Source: Bacteroidales bacterium (GTDB taxonomy: Bacteria; Bacteroidota; Bacteroidia; Bacteroidales; UBA3824). From it: a stretch of DNA of 64,000 bases. Position 1 is the first letter of the stretch. Each line of letters begins with the position of its first letter. The translations under genes and the position numbers were made by a program. Below, one piece after another: positions 1 to 9,632 of this stretch. Below the pieces are notes generated by a model that was given only the letters and a program-made list of their open reading frames with translations, was not told where the DNA came from and searched no databases. Location: positions 1,401 through 65,400 of the forward strand of contig JAGCVU010000229.1 in NCBI GenBank assembly GCA_017962175.1, written 5' to 3'.

Positions 1-984
1 AGGCGAATTGGCAAGGTAAATAACTGTTTCGCTGAGCATTATGCGCGATTCGGGATAGCCAACAGTGTTTACAGCATTAAAACAAGCCTGTGCAAGCAAC
101 ATAGCGTTAGGATTGGCAAGACCAATATCCTCGCTTGCCGAAATAATCAACCGCCGAGCAATAAATTTGAGGTCTTCACCACCTGCAAGCATACGCGCAA
201 GCCAATATACAGCGGCATTGGCATCGCTTCCTCGGATACTCTTGATAAACGCCGAAATAATATCGTAATGCATCTCGCCATTTTTATCATACATTGCAAG
301 ATTTTTTTGAAGACGCTGCATTACAATCTCATCGTTGATAATTACTTGATCGGAGGTTTCGGCATTGATAACTATCTCTAAGATATTGAGCAACTTGCGG
401 GCGTCGCCACCACTCTGACGAAACAGTGCGGTGGTTTCTTCTACCTTGATATTTAGTTTTTTGAGTTCGATATCGTTGTGGATAGTATTGTCCAAGAGGC
501 GTTCAAGGTCTTCTTTTTCAAGAGGTTTCAAAACATAAACCTCGCAACGGGAGAGCAACGGCGAAATCACCTCGAAACTTGGATTTTCGGTGGTTGCGCC
601 AATGAGAGTGATAATGCCCTGTTCCACAGCGGCAAGGAGCGAATCTTGCTGACTTTTGTTGAAACGGTGAATTTCGTCGATAAAGAGAATCGGCGACGGC
701 GAACCAAAAAAAGTCTGATGCTGAGCCTTTTCTAACACCTCGCGCACATCCTTAACACCGCTGCTCACCGCGCTGAGGGTATACATAGCACGGTTTCCGC
801 TTGTGGCAATAATTTTGGCGAGAGTGGTTTTGCCCACACCGGGAGGTCCCCAGAGAATAATGCTGTGTATTCTTCCGGTTTCAATCATATTTCGGAGAAC
901 AGCCCCCTTGCCCACAAGGTGCTGCTGACCAATATATTCGTCCAAATTTTTAGGACGCATCCGTTCTGCCAAAGGTTGTGCCAT
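1..984 (-). CDS. rarA: Replication-associated recombination protein A (RarA/MgsA AAA+ ATPase); 3' end lies outside the window
   Basis: Not in the ORF track because it runs off the edge. Manual translation from ATG at 984 gives MAQPLAERMRPKNLDEYIGQQHLVG, Walker A WGPPGVGKTT, Walker B FIDEIHRFNKSQQD, GATTENPSFE and YDIISAFIKSIRGSD. Confidence 0.93.
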   Translation of the reverse strand, partial: MAQPLAERMRPKNLDEYIGQQHLVGKGAVLRNMIETGRIHSIILWGPPGVGKTTLAKIIATSGNRAMYTLSAVSSGVKDVREVLEKAQHQTFFGSPSPILFIDEIHRFNKSQQDSLLAAVEQGIITLIGATTENPSFEVISPLLSRCEVYVLKPLEKEDLERLLDNTIHNDIELKKLNIKVEETTALFRQSGGDARKLLNILEIVINAETSDQVIINDEIVMQRLQKNLAMYDKNGEMHYDIISAFIKSIRGSDANAAVYWLARMLAGGEDLKFIARRLIISASEDIGLANPNAMLLAQACFNAVNTVGYPESRIMLSETVIYLANSP

Positions 985-1013
985 ATAGTGTAATCTTTTT
1001 GAATCTGATAGCG

Positions 1014-1021
1014 CAAAGATA
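1014..1021 (-). promoter_or_regulatory. Bacteroidota sigma-A -7 element (TATCTTTG) for rarA
   Basis: Matches TAnnTTTG about 30 nt upstream of the rarA ATG. Confidence 0.6.
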
Positions 1022-1031
1022 GAAAAAAAAA

Positions 1032-3215
1032 TCAAATTCTGATACCAACAAGCGTCATATCGTCTACCTGCTCGCGGCCGTTGATCCAAAATTGAATAGT
1101 TTGGTCGATGATTTCGCCCTGAATCCGAGCGGGTTCGTTGGCGGCTTCGACAAGAAGGTTTACAAAATTTTTCGACAATAGTTTTTTGCCCTCGGGAATG
1201 TCGAAATTTCCACCCGGTTGATCTTGAATGCCATCGCTAAAAAGATATACCATATCGCCGGGCTGCAATGCAATCTCGTGAGTAACAAAATGGGCTTTTT
1301 CGTTGAAATATCGTCCCACGGGCATCTTGTCACATTCAAGACGAATGGCGTTGTCGTTTCGCACAATATATGAACTGAGGTAAGCCGAAGCATACACAAG
1401 TTGATGATTTTCAATATCGAAACTACATATTACCATTTCCATACCATCGTAAATAGGCGAACCCGAATCGTCGTACGAACCGAGAGTATCTTTGATAAAA
1501 GTGCGCATATGGTCGAGCACGTTTCCCGGGTCGGCTGCATCTTGTTCAGTTACCAAAAACTCCTTGATCGACGACAATCCTAACATCGACAAAAAACCTC
1601 CGGGAATACCGTGACCTGTACAGTCGCCCACTACAAACACGTTGTACTTTCCACATTTTGCCACGTGATAAAAATCGCCGCTGACAATATCACGAGGACG
1701 GAAATAAACAAAACTTTCGGGGAAAAACCTTGCCACATCGTCGTCGGACGGTAGGGCAGCACGCTGAATACGTTCAGAATATTTTATACTACTCAAAACA
1801 GAAGCGTGAACAAGCTTAATTTCATCACGTTGCGACTGAATTTCCTGTTTTTGCTGATCAAGAATCTCATTTTTTTGCGAAAGAATACCCAATGCCTTTT
1901 TCTTTATTTTCCACATTCTAAAAATAAACAAAACCAACAACAAAACAAGCAAAAGCACTAATATCAACGACACAATAATCAGTTGCATACGGTGAGTGCG
2001 CACACGGTGAATTTCATATGCCTTGCGTTGTTCGGCATCCTTGAACAAAAGTGCCTGATGAGTTTTGGCATCGGCAAGAGCAGTGAGCGAACTATCGTTG
2101 AGATACTCCATTGCATACTCATAATGCAATTTTTGCTGATTGAAAGCTTCCTTGTAATTGCCCATTTGTTCGTACACGAGCGACAAATAATCGTGATAAT
2201 CGCGGCGAAGGTCAGGATCCGACATATATTTTTCGCAATCTTTCAATACATTGAGAGCCTCGTTGTATTTTTTGTAAAACAGCAAATATTTAACATAGGC
2301 ATATCTGGCTATCATATAGTTGGCAGTTTGACCATAACGGAGAAAAAAGTCGCCACCTTTTTGAATATAAACCAAGCAAGAATCAGCATAACGTGTTATA
2401 CCTGTGCGATTTGCCGAAGAAATATAAGTATCAGCCATATGCGAATACGCCAAATGCAGTATCATTGCATAATATGACGAAAGATATTCTGCTGATTTTA
2501 AAACCCTTATGGCACCTCGAAGATAATGTCCGGTTTGTGGATAATTTTTGGTGGCAATATTAAGATAACCCCGCCAAAAATAACCGCACGCCATATCTAA
2601 TTTGTTGCCCGAAAGCGAATCAAGGTCAATAGCCTTGACGATATACTCCTCGGCGTTGTCGTAAAGAGTGAGATTGATACTCAATCGTCCGAGATTGAGA
2701 TACGTAGTAGCCATTTGAGCAGTATCGTTGCGCGCAATGCTATTTTCGAGCGACTTGTTGAGATAATAAAACACACTGTCGGGCATATGCAGAGTTTCAA
2801 AACCTTGCGACATTATCACCGAACAAATGCTAATAGCCCTAAAATCTCGATCGGGGTCATAAAGATGGTAAGCCTTGCGAAGATACTGAATAGATGAGTA
2901 CATCTCGTGTTTCTGGTAATACCTCCACCCTATCACATGATTGGCTTGGGCAAGTAAAAATGTGTCGGTTTTTCTACAAAGATCAAGAGCCAAGTGACAG
3001 TATCGCAATGCAGAATCAGAATCGTATGCCTTACGAGCTACCTCAATATAAATAGCTGCCTTGAGACTATCGCTTGAGGTTGGCGAAATGAGGTTTAAGA
3101 GACTATCAGTAATAGTTTTCGACGGGTCAACAAGGTCTTCCATATTTTGAGGAAACACTCTATGAACCGTAGCGAAACATATCACCAAAGCCCAAAAAAC
3201 AATTCGCCTATTCAT
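1032..3215 (-). CDS. Membrane sensor phosphatase: signal peptide, TPR repeats, TM helix, coiled coil, PP2C/SpoIIE (RsbU-like) domain
   Basis: PP2C motifs PRDIVSGDFY, VGDCTGHGIPG, YLFSDGIQDQ and DDMTLVGIRI; TPR-like helices in the N-half; TM IIVSLILVLLLVLLLVLFIF. Confidence 0.88.
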   Translation of the reverse strand: MNRRIVFWALVICFATVHRVFPQNMEDLVDPSKTITDSLLNLISPTSSDSLKAAIYIEVARKAYDSDSALRYCHLALDLCRKTDTFLLAQANHVIGWRYYQKHEMYSSIQYLRKAYHLYDPDRDFRAISICSVIMSQGFETLHMPDSVFYYLNKSLENSIARNDTAQMATTYLNLGRLSINLTLYDNAEEYIVKAIDLDSLSGNKLDMACGYFWRGYLNIATKNYPQTGHYLRGAIRVLKSAEYLSSYYAMILHLAYSHMADTYISSANRTGITRYADSCLVYIQKGGDFFLRYGQTANYMIARYAYVKYLLFYKKYNEALNVLKDCEKYMSDPDLRRDYHDYLSLVYEQMGNYKEAFNQQKLHYEYAMEYLNDSSLTALADAKTHQALLFKDAEQRKAYEIHRVRTHRMQLIIVSLILVLLLVLLLVLFIFRMWKIKKKALGILSQKNEILDQQKQEIQSQRDEIKLVHASVLSSIKYSERIQRAALPSDDDVARFFPESFVYFRPRDIVSGDFYHVAKCGKYNVFVVGDCTGHGIPGGFLSMLGLSSIKEFLVTEQDAADPGNVLDHMRTFIKDTLGSYDDSGSPIYDGMEMVICSFDIENHQLVYASAYLSSYIVRNDNAIRLECDKMPVGRYFNEKAHFVTHEIALQPGDMVYLFSDGIQDQPGGNFDIPEGKKLLSKNFVNLLVEAANEPARIQGEIIDQTIQFWINGREQVDDMTLVGIRI

Positions 3216-3226
3216 AAAACCATCTG

Positions 3227-3778
3227 TTATTCAATATTAATCTGGTGTGAGTCAAATTGAATGTTGTAATCGTCTTTTCTGCACACAGAAAAATAATACC
3301 TTCCCGTTTCCACTTTTGCATTAATCTCTACCGAAAAAGAACGCTCATAAGGCAACGTGTCGTTGGCGTTGAGTTTGAAATTGCCTTTTTGAAGCGTATC
3401 TTTGGTTTTGGAATTAACAAACAAATAAGAATATTCATCAGCTTCGGGGTCATAAATAGTGCCGGTTATGATGTTAGATTTTTTCTGTTCAAAATCTTCG
3501 GCGTTGATATCCACTACGTTGGTGGCAGGCATATCGTAACAAGTAACCTGAGGATCTGGACTTGCCGTATCGTAGCAAGTAGTTTGGCAAGATGGCAAAC
3601 ATCCGCTCATTATGCAAGAATTAAGAGTAATAAGAATTGCTCCCAATTTCATTTTTTTTGAAGTCCAAAAAGCCGATTTGCCGTTGTTGAGCGACACCAC
3701 TGCCGATGTTATCAAAAAAGCAGCACCCACAAATACAATAGCAAAAACTGCTAATGGTGCTAAATATTCTTTATTCAT
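3227..3778 (-). CDS. Hypothetical membrane/lipoprotein with a Cys-rich tandem TCYD motif and a beta-rich C-terminal domain
   Basis: 183-aa ORF with two hydrophobic N-terminal segments, then SCIMSGCLPSCQTTCYD...VTCYD. It has its own TATATTTG element at 3821-3828. Confidence 0.7.
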   Translation of the reverse strand: MNKEYLAPLAVFAIVFVGAAFLITSAVVSLNNGKSAFWTSKKMKLGAILITLNSCIMSGCLPSCQTTCYDTASPDPQVTCYDMPATNVVDINAEDFEQKKSNIITGTIYDPEADEYSYLFVNSKTKDTLQKGNFKLNANDTLPYERSFSVEINAKVETGRYYFSVCRKDDYNIQFDSHQINIE

Positions 3779-3860
3779 TTTGCTTGGGTTTAAGGTTGAT
3801 AATGAATTAAACTAACAACGCAAATATACACATTATTATTAAATAATCAAATAAAAATAA

Positions 3861-6038
3861 TTAAATTCTGATACCCACAAGAGTGATGTCGTCAATCTGT
3901 TCAAAACCATTTCGCCATTTCAAAAGTTCGTCGTCGATTTTGGCTAATTGTGCTTCGGGCTTAAGCAAAGCCATCTGGGCAAGAATGTTGACAAAATTGC
4001 TGGTCATCAGTTTTTTACCAAAGGGATGTTCGGAATCGGGACAGCCTGTTTGATCCTGAATACCGTCGGAACACAAATAAACCATATCACCACTCTGCAA
4101 TGTGGTAGAAAATGTATCAAAATGCTCTTTTTCAATAAAATAGCGACCTACAGGCATCTTATCGCCCGAAAGTTTGAGAATTTCGTCTTTGCGAATAATG
4201 TATACACGGTGGTTGGCTGTAGCGTATATAAGTTGGTTATTTTCAAGGTCAAAACTACAAATAGTCATATCCATACCATCGTACATAGGAGTAAGATTTT
4301 TTTCGGTAGAGCCGAGAGTCTCCTTAAAAAATGTGCGCATACGGTCGAGAACAGTGCCGGGATTGGCTGCGTCTTGTTCCGTTACCAAAAACTCCTTCAA
4401 CGACGAAATGCCGAGCATCGAAAGAAAACCTCCGGGAATGCCGTGTCCGGTACAATCGGCTACCACAAACACACTATATTTGCCGCACTTAGCTGCATAA
4501 TAAAAATCACCGCTAACAATATCGCGCGGACGATAATAAACAAAACTCTCAGGAAAAAGACTTTTAATAAACTCGTCGGTAGGAATCACAGCCCGCTGAA
4601 TACGCTCCGAATATCTAACGCTATCTACCACAGCATTGTGCACGGTGGTAAGTTCGTTTCGCTGAGCAAGAATCTCGTTTTTCTGTTGGTCGAGCATTAG
4701 ATTTTTTTGCGATAGTTCGGCATTTGCCCTACGCTTGATTTTCAACATTCGGTAAACAAACACCACAAGAAGCGAAATAAGCACAATGCACACTATCAAC
4801 GAAATGATTATCACCATCATACGATGCGTTTTGGCAGTATGCACCATATCCAGCTGACGTTGTTCCTCGTTTTTTTGTTTCACAGCCTGATCGGTTTTAA
4901 AATTGGCAAACGCTGCCAATGCACTATCGTTGAGATACTCCATTGCATATTGGTAATGCAGTTTTTGCTGTTCGAATGCTTCTTTATATCTACCAAGTTT
5001 TTCGTAAACAATGGTAGTAAACTTGTGATATTCGCGCAAAAGGTCTTTGCCGGTGAGATAAGGCTGAAGGTCTTTTAAAATTTGCAAAGCCTCGTTGTAA
5101 CGCTTGTAAAACAAAAGATACTTGACATAGGCATAGCGGTCTTTCATGTAATTGGCATATTGCCCCGACTTAAGAAAAAAATCATTTCCACGCTTGATGT
5201 AGTATAAGCAACTATCGGCAAAACGAGTGGTATCGGTATTGAATGCCGATTCAATATAGGCATCGGCAAGATATGTATAGTCGAGATGTAGCACAGTGGC
5301 ATAAAACGATTCGTTGTAGCCTCCGTGTTCAAGAATTCGTATAGATTTTTTGAAATAATGTCCGGTTTTGGGATAATTCTTAGTATGGGTGTAGAGAATG
5401 CCAAGCCAGAAATAGTCGCCGGCAAGGGCTTTCTGATCACCGGCAATAGAATCAAGTTCGAGCGACTTCATAATGTATGTTTCAGCATCATCAAAAAGAT
5501 TCATATCTAAGCACTTACGTCCAAGATTCTGATAAGCAAACGCCATTTGCGAAGTATCATTGATAGAGGTACTGATTTCAAGCGATTGATTTAGATAATA
5601 ATACACGCTGTCGGGAATGTTTATTATCTCGTAACACAAGGCGAGATTAACGCAGCAAACAGTAATTTTGGTGCGATGGTTGGTAACCGAAAACAGATTG
5701 CTCGCCGAAATCAGATGCGGAATGGCATTATAAGGTTCGTGTTTTAGAAAATATTTGTTGCCCAAAATTCTATGAGACTCGGCAAGCATTGTAGAATCAT
5801 CCGAAGGACAAATCTCAAGAGCTAATTTGCCATATTTAATGGCTGTGTCGCTATTGTAAGCTACTGTGCCAATGGCTATATAATAGGCTGTACGCAAAGA
5901 ATCACTGATACCGGGTTTAATAAGTTGTCGAATACTGTCAACACGCAACTGCGACGGGTCAGACAATTCACCCTCTTGGGGATACGCCTGAAACGCCGTA
6001 AAAAACAGCAACAACAATATTACCCAAAAACATTTCAT
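3861..6038 (-). CDS. Membrane sensor phosphatase (TPR-TM-PP2C/SpoIIE), paralog of 1032..3215
   Basis: PRDIVSGDFY, VADCTGHGIPGGFLSMLG, CSDGIQDQ, DDITLVGIRI. Start moved to ATG 6038 (MKCFWVILLLL signal peptide), which removes the tatC overlap. Confidence 0.88.
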   Translation of the reverse strand: MKCFWVILLLLFFTAFQAYPQEGELSDPSQLRVDSIRQLIKPGISDSLRTAYYIAIGTVAYNSDTAIKYGKLALEICPSDDSTMLAESHRILGNKYFLKHEPYNAIPHLISASNLFSVTNHRTKITVCCVNLALCYEIINIPDSVYYYLNQSLEISTSINDTSQMAFAYQNLGRKCLDMNLFDDAETYIMKSLELDSIAGDQKALAGDYFWLGILYTHTKNYPKTGHYFKKSIRILEHGGYNESFYATVLHLDYTYLADAYIESAFNTDTTRFADSCLYYIKRGNDFFLKSGQYANYMKDRYAYVKYLLFYKRYNEALQILKDLQPYLTGKDLLREYHKFTTIVYEKLGRYKEAFEQQKLHYQYAMEYLNDSALAAFANFKTDQAVKQKNEEQRQLDMVHTAKTHRMMVIIISLIVCIVLISLLVVFVYRMLKIKRRANAELSQKNLMLDQQKNEILAQRNELTTVHNAVVDSVRYSERIQRAVIPTDEFIKSLFPESFVYYRPRDIVSGDFYYAAKCGKYSVFVVADCTGHGIPGGFLSMLGISSLKEFLVTEQDAANPGTVLDRMRTFFKETLGSTEKNLTPMYDGMDMTICSFDLENNQLIYATANHRVYIIRKDEILKLSGDKMPVGRYFIEKEHFDTFSTTLQSGDMVYLCSDGIQDQTGCPDSEHPFGKKLMTSNFVNILAQMALLKPEAQLAKIDDELLKWRNGFEQIDDITLVGIRI

Positions 6039-6060
6039 AAGAGACCGATAAACCAATTTA

Positions 6061-6873
6061 TTAAACGGTCTGGCTCGGCAAAAGTTTGTGTTTGTCAACA
6101 CGTTTCACCACAGTTACGCTCAATTCAAAAATCAAATATAGCGGCAATGCTGTGGCAAGCATTGTAAACGCATCGGTAGATGGTGTGATAATGGCTGCAA
6201 TCACCAACACAAGCACAAAGGCGTGTTTGCGGTAACGCTTTAAAAATGTGTATTTTAAGATTCCTGCCTTGGCAAGAAAATAGGATGCAATCGGCAGTTC
6301 AAAGGCAATGCCCGTGGTAATGCACAATTCCACAAGCATATCTATGTAAGAATCAATCGAAATCAGGTTTTCAATTTCGGGCGTTACCTGATACGACGAA
6401 AGAAAATTTACCGACAGCGGAAAAATCATAAAATATGCCGTTGCTGCACCTATGTAAAACAATATGCCTGTGAAAATTAGCGCACGGTTGATATATTTTC
6501 GTTCTTGGGGATAGAGAGCAGGACGGATAAACATCCATAATTCACCGCAGATATAAGGCACAGAAGCCACCAAAGCAGTGTAAAACGAAATGCTGATATG
6601 CGTCATAAACTGCGCTGCAAGCCTTGTGCTTATAATCTTAACAGGCTGAACGGCAAAATCCTCATCGGCAACTCCCGCATTATGCGACAGATACGCCAAA
6701 AGTCGGAACGTTGGAAAATCAGTTTTGGTGGGATAGAAAACTATGTATTCAAACACAAACTCCTTGAATAAGAATACAATAATAGCCACTCCCAGCACCA
6801 CCGCCAGCGAACGTATAATTGCACCGCGAAGTACTTCGAGATGTTCCCAAAAGCTGCCTGTTTGGGACTCCAT
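6061..6873 (-). CDS. tatC: Twin-arginine translocase subunit TatC
   Basis: SFWEHLEVLR, WMFIRPALYPQE, FELP and AAIITPSTD motifs; several TM segments. Confidence 0.95.
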   Translation of the reverse strand: MESQTGSFWEHLEVLRGAIIRSLAVVLGVAIIVFLFKEFVFEYIVFYPTKTDFPTFRLLAYLSHNAGVADEDFAVQPVKIISTRLAAQFMTHISISFYTALVASVPYICGELWMFIRPALYPQERKYINRALIFTGILFYIGAATAYFMIFPLSVNFLSSYQVTPEIENLISIDSYIDMLVELCITTGIAFELPIASYFLAKAGILKYTFLKRYRKHAFVLVLVIAAIITPSTDAFTMLATALPLYLIFELSVTVVKRVDKHKLLPSQTV

Positions 6874-7076
6874 TATTCAGTTTTTTCGGTCTTAGATGAG
6901 TCTGTGGTGGCGTTTTTTTCAGGGTCTTGCACACCGTTCATACCGTCTTTAAACTCTTTTACGCCCTTGCCAAAACTGCGCATAAGTTCGGGAATTTTTT
7001 TTGCGCCGAAAAGCACAAGTACAATCAACAGAATAATAATCAGTTCCTGTCCGCCAATAATGCCTAATAGTGTCAT
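6873..7076 (-). CDS. tatA: Twin-arginine translocase TatA/E subunit
   Basis: ELIIILLIVLVLFGAKKIPELMRSFGKGVKEFKDG signature; stop/start coupled to tatC. Confidence 0.95.
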   Translation of the reverse strand: MTLLGIIGGQELIIILLIVLVLFGAKKIPELMRSFGKGVKEFKDGMNGVQDPEKNATTDSSKTEKTE

Positions 7077-7098
7077 TTTAAAATGTGTTTAAAAGTTA

Positions 7099-7827
7099 TT
7101 ATGGGCACAAATTTACAAACAAAAAATATTTTAACAAAATTAATATCCCCAAATGCGCCGGATAAAAGAGATAATAAAACCATTTGGGCAGTTGTTTGCC
7201 GCGTTCTCCGTTGTAGGCAAAGATAAAGAGTAATGAAATTAATCCGATAGCCTCTAACACACTGTAAACAATAGCATTAATCGGTCTTGACGATTCTACA
7301 AATATTTTAAACAAGGGCAATGCCACTAAGGTAGCCACCGTTGCCCCCCACCAAATAGCCACTTTATTTCCCCTAAACTGATAAAAACACGCCACAAGTG
7401 CATAGCCATACAAATTGTATTCAAATCCCACCATATATCCAACTACGCCAAACAATATAACTATCAGCAATTTATAGATATATTCAAAGGGTTTATTCTT
7501 ACAAAGGTCAAACAACGAGAGCATCATAACCGATGATGCGAGAACAAAAAATACATTTAAATCCTCAAAATTAAACCATTCACCATATTTAGCATACGAA
7601 AACGGAACAATGCTCACCAATGCTATCAAAAGAAGCCTAATTGTATATTTTGTACGGCTATGTGTAAACACAGCCCCTTCTGCCAAAAGAAAACAAAAGA
7701 TGATAAAACTCAATCTGCCAATTACACGCAAAATAAACCAATCAGGTAGCAATACCACACCAATATGGTCAATCACCATAGTAACTATAGCCAAATGCTT
7801 AAGAAATGCCCCAGAAAATGATGTCAT
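7099..7827 (-). CDS. TraX-family membrane acyltransferase
   Basis: LKHLAIVTMVIDH, IGRLSF..F.FLLAEG..FTHS, YNGERG and FYYLFYPAHL are TraX-family motifs. Confidence 0.85.
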   Translation of the reverse strand: MTSFSGAFLKHLAIVTMVIDHIGVVLLPDWFILRVIGRLSFIIFCFLLAEGAVFTHSRTKYTIRLLLIALVSIVPFSYAKYGEWFNFEDLNVFFVLASSVMMLSLFDLCKNKPFEYIYKLLIVILFGVVGYMVGFEYNLYGYALVACFYQFRGNKVAIWWGATVATLVALPLFKIFVESSRPINAIVYSVLEAIGLISLLFIFAYNGERGKQLPKWFYYLFYPAHLGILILLKYFLFVNLCP

Positions 7828-9632
7828 ACAGTTTCTTTCATTTTAATATCCACCACCATTAATTGCAATGACACATTGCCGCGAAACTCGTTTTTTTGAA
7901 CGGTGTAGCAAATATCGAATTTTTCGCCGTTGTGTATGCGGGTGTAATAGTCTGCCATTCCAAATGCTATGCCCACAAGACACACACCGGTGCTATCCAT
8001 CACTTCTAACCTCAGATGGTCAAGGTTTTTGCCTACTTTGCGTGTTGCGCCGCAATCTACCACATTGCGAGTGGCAAATATAGGTTCGGTGTTTTCCGGT
8101 CCAAAGGGTTCAAACTGTATCAAACGATCATAGAATTTAGAATTTATTACCGAAAAATCTATGAATTGTTCTATCAAAACTTTGGGCGTTTTCTGAGATG
8201 TTTGGATATGATTTTTAACGTATTCAAGAAAGGCAGACTTAAAATTTAGATAGTTTTCAAATTTAAGATTCAAGCCTGCAGCAAACTTGTGTCCGCCAAA
8301 ACCTGATAAATAATCACGACAATTGTCGATGGCGTCGTATAGATTGAAATCAGAAACCGACCGAGCCGAACCTGTGAGCGTGTCGCCAATTTTTGAGAAC
8401 ACAATAGTGGGGCGATAGTAAGTTTCGGTAAGTCGCGATGCCACAATGCCCACCACGCCTTTGTGCCAATTGTCGCCATAAACTACTGTGGCGGCGTTGG
8501 TATCGTTGTTGGGTTCGTTGCGAAGTGTTTCAAGTGCGGTTTCGGTAATATCACGGTCAAGGTCTTTACGCTCATTGTTGTAGTCTGAAATCTTTTTGGC
8601 AAACTCTGCAGCCTCGTTTTCATCTTCGGTGATAAGCAGACGCACAGCCTGAGAGCCCTTATCGATACGTCCACAAGCGTTGATTCGCGGACCAATCATA
8701 AACACCGAATCGTACATCGAAACGTGTTTTTCGGCAAGTCCCGACTCTTTTTTTATAGCACAAAAACAGGTTAAAGGCTGCAACAAAAGTTTTTGGTCGT
8801 TGTATGAGAACTCCTCGCCATTGAGTTTTTTGAGTCCGTAATATGCCAAAATGCGGTTTTCGTCAACTATCGGCACAATGTCGGAACCAATGCTAACTGC
8901 AGTTAAATCAATGTAATTGAGCAAGTTGATAAACGGAATATTCCGCCTTATGCACAAAGCCTGCATATATTTAAAACCCACGCCGCAACCCGAAAGTTCG
9001 TTGAAAGGATAAGTGTTATCAGTGCGTTTGGCATCAAGCACAGCCACTGCATTGGGCAATTCTGCACCGGGCGTATGATGGTCGCAAACAATAAAGTCGA
9101 TACCCAAACTATTAGAATAGTCAACACGAGGATTGTCTTTGATGCCGCAGTCGAGGGCAATTATAAGCGAGCAACCGTTTTGTGAGGCATAGTCCACACC
9201 TTGCATCGATACACCGTAACCCTCTGTATATCTGTCGGGTATGTAATAATCAATATTTTGTGTGCAATATTTTTTCAAAAACGAATAAACCAAAGCCACT
9301 GAAGTAGTGCCGTCAACATCGTAGTCGCCATAGATAAGGATTTTTTCACCCTTGTCGATAGCAAGCGAAAGGCGGTCAACAGCCTTGTCCATATCGCGAA
9401 ACAAGAACGGATCGTAAAGATTTGACAAAGACGGACGAAGAAACGAGCGGATTTTTTGCAATTCACCCTCTTCGGTTTCGGGATTTTGCAAACGTGGCAC
9501 ATCCACCTTCACACGCTGTGCAAGCATACGCGCTATGGTAAAATCACAAAAATTGTTGAGCCTTGTTTGCAAATAATCTATCTGAGTATCAGTGTATCCA
9601 CCACCGTTATTCAGTTCCCAAAGTTTGTTCAT
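7824..9632 (-). CDS. recJ: Single-stranded DNA exonuclease RecJ
   Basis: YGDYDVDG, DCG, DHH, LSGCGV, PRINACGR, WHKGVVGIVASR, GSARS and GGHKFAAG. Likely start is ATG 9632 (MNKLWEL). Confidence 0.96.
   Translation of the reverse strand: MNKLWELNNGGGYTDTQIDYLQTRLNNFCDFTIARMLAQRVKVDVPRLQNPETEEGELQKIRSFLRPSLSNLYDPFLFRDMDKAVDRLSLAIDKGEKILIYGDYDVDGTTSVALVYSFLKKYCTQNIDYYIPDRYTEGYGVSMQGVDYASQNGCSLIIALDCGIKDNPRVDYSNSLGIDFIVCDHHTPGAELPNAVAVLDAKRTDNTYPFNELSGCGVGFKYMQALCIRRNIPFINLLNYIDLTAVSIGSDIVPIVDENRILAYYGLKKLNGEEFSYNDQKLLLQPLTCFCAIKKESGLAEKHVSMYDSVFMIGPRINACGRIDKGSQAVRLLITEDENEAAEFAKKISDYNNERKDLDRDITETALETLRNEPNNDTNAATVVYGDNWHKGVVGIVASRLTETYYRPTIVFSKIGDTLTGSARSVSDFNLYDAIDNCRDYLSGFGGHKFAAGLNLKFENYLNFKSAFLEYVKNHIQTSQKTPKVLIEQFIDFSVINSKFYDRLIQFEPFGPENTEPIFATRNVVDCGATRKVGKNLDHLRLEVMDSTGVCLVGIAFGMADYYTRIHNGEKFDICYTVQKNEFRGNVSLQLMVVDIKMKETV

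Noticed and set aside
65-735. Plus-strand ORFs 65..268 and 478..735
   Set aside because: They are antisense shadows of rarA, which the ORF track missed because it runs off the window.
3948-4700. 250-aa plus-strand ORF and similar long antisense ORFs (e.g. 34258..34836, 39341..39937)
   Set aside because: Each lies wholly opposite a well-supported gene and has no recognisable motifs.
7099-7827. Conjugative element suggested by the TraX-family gene
   Set aside because: There is no relaxase, T4SS, integrase or other tra gene nearby.
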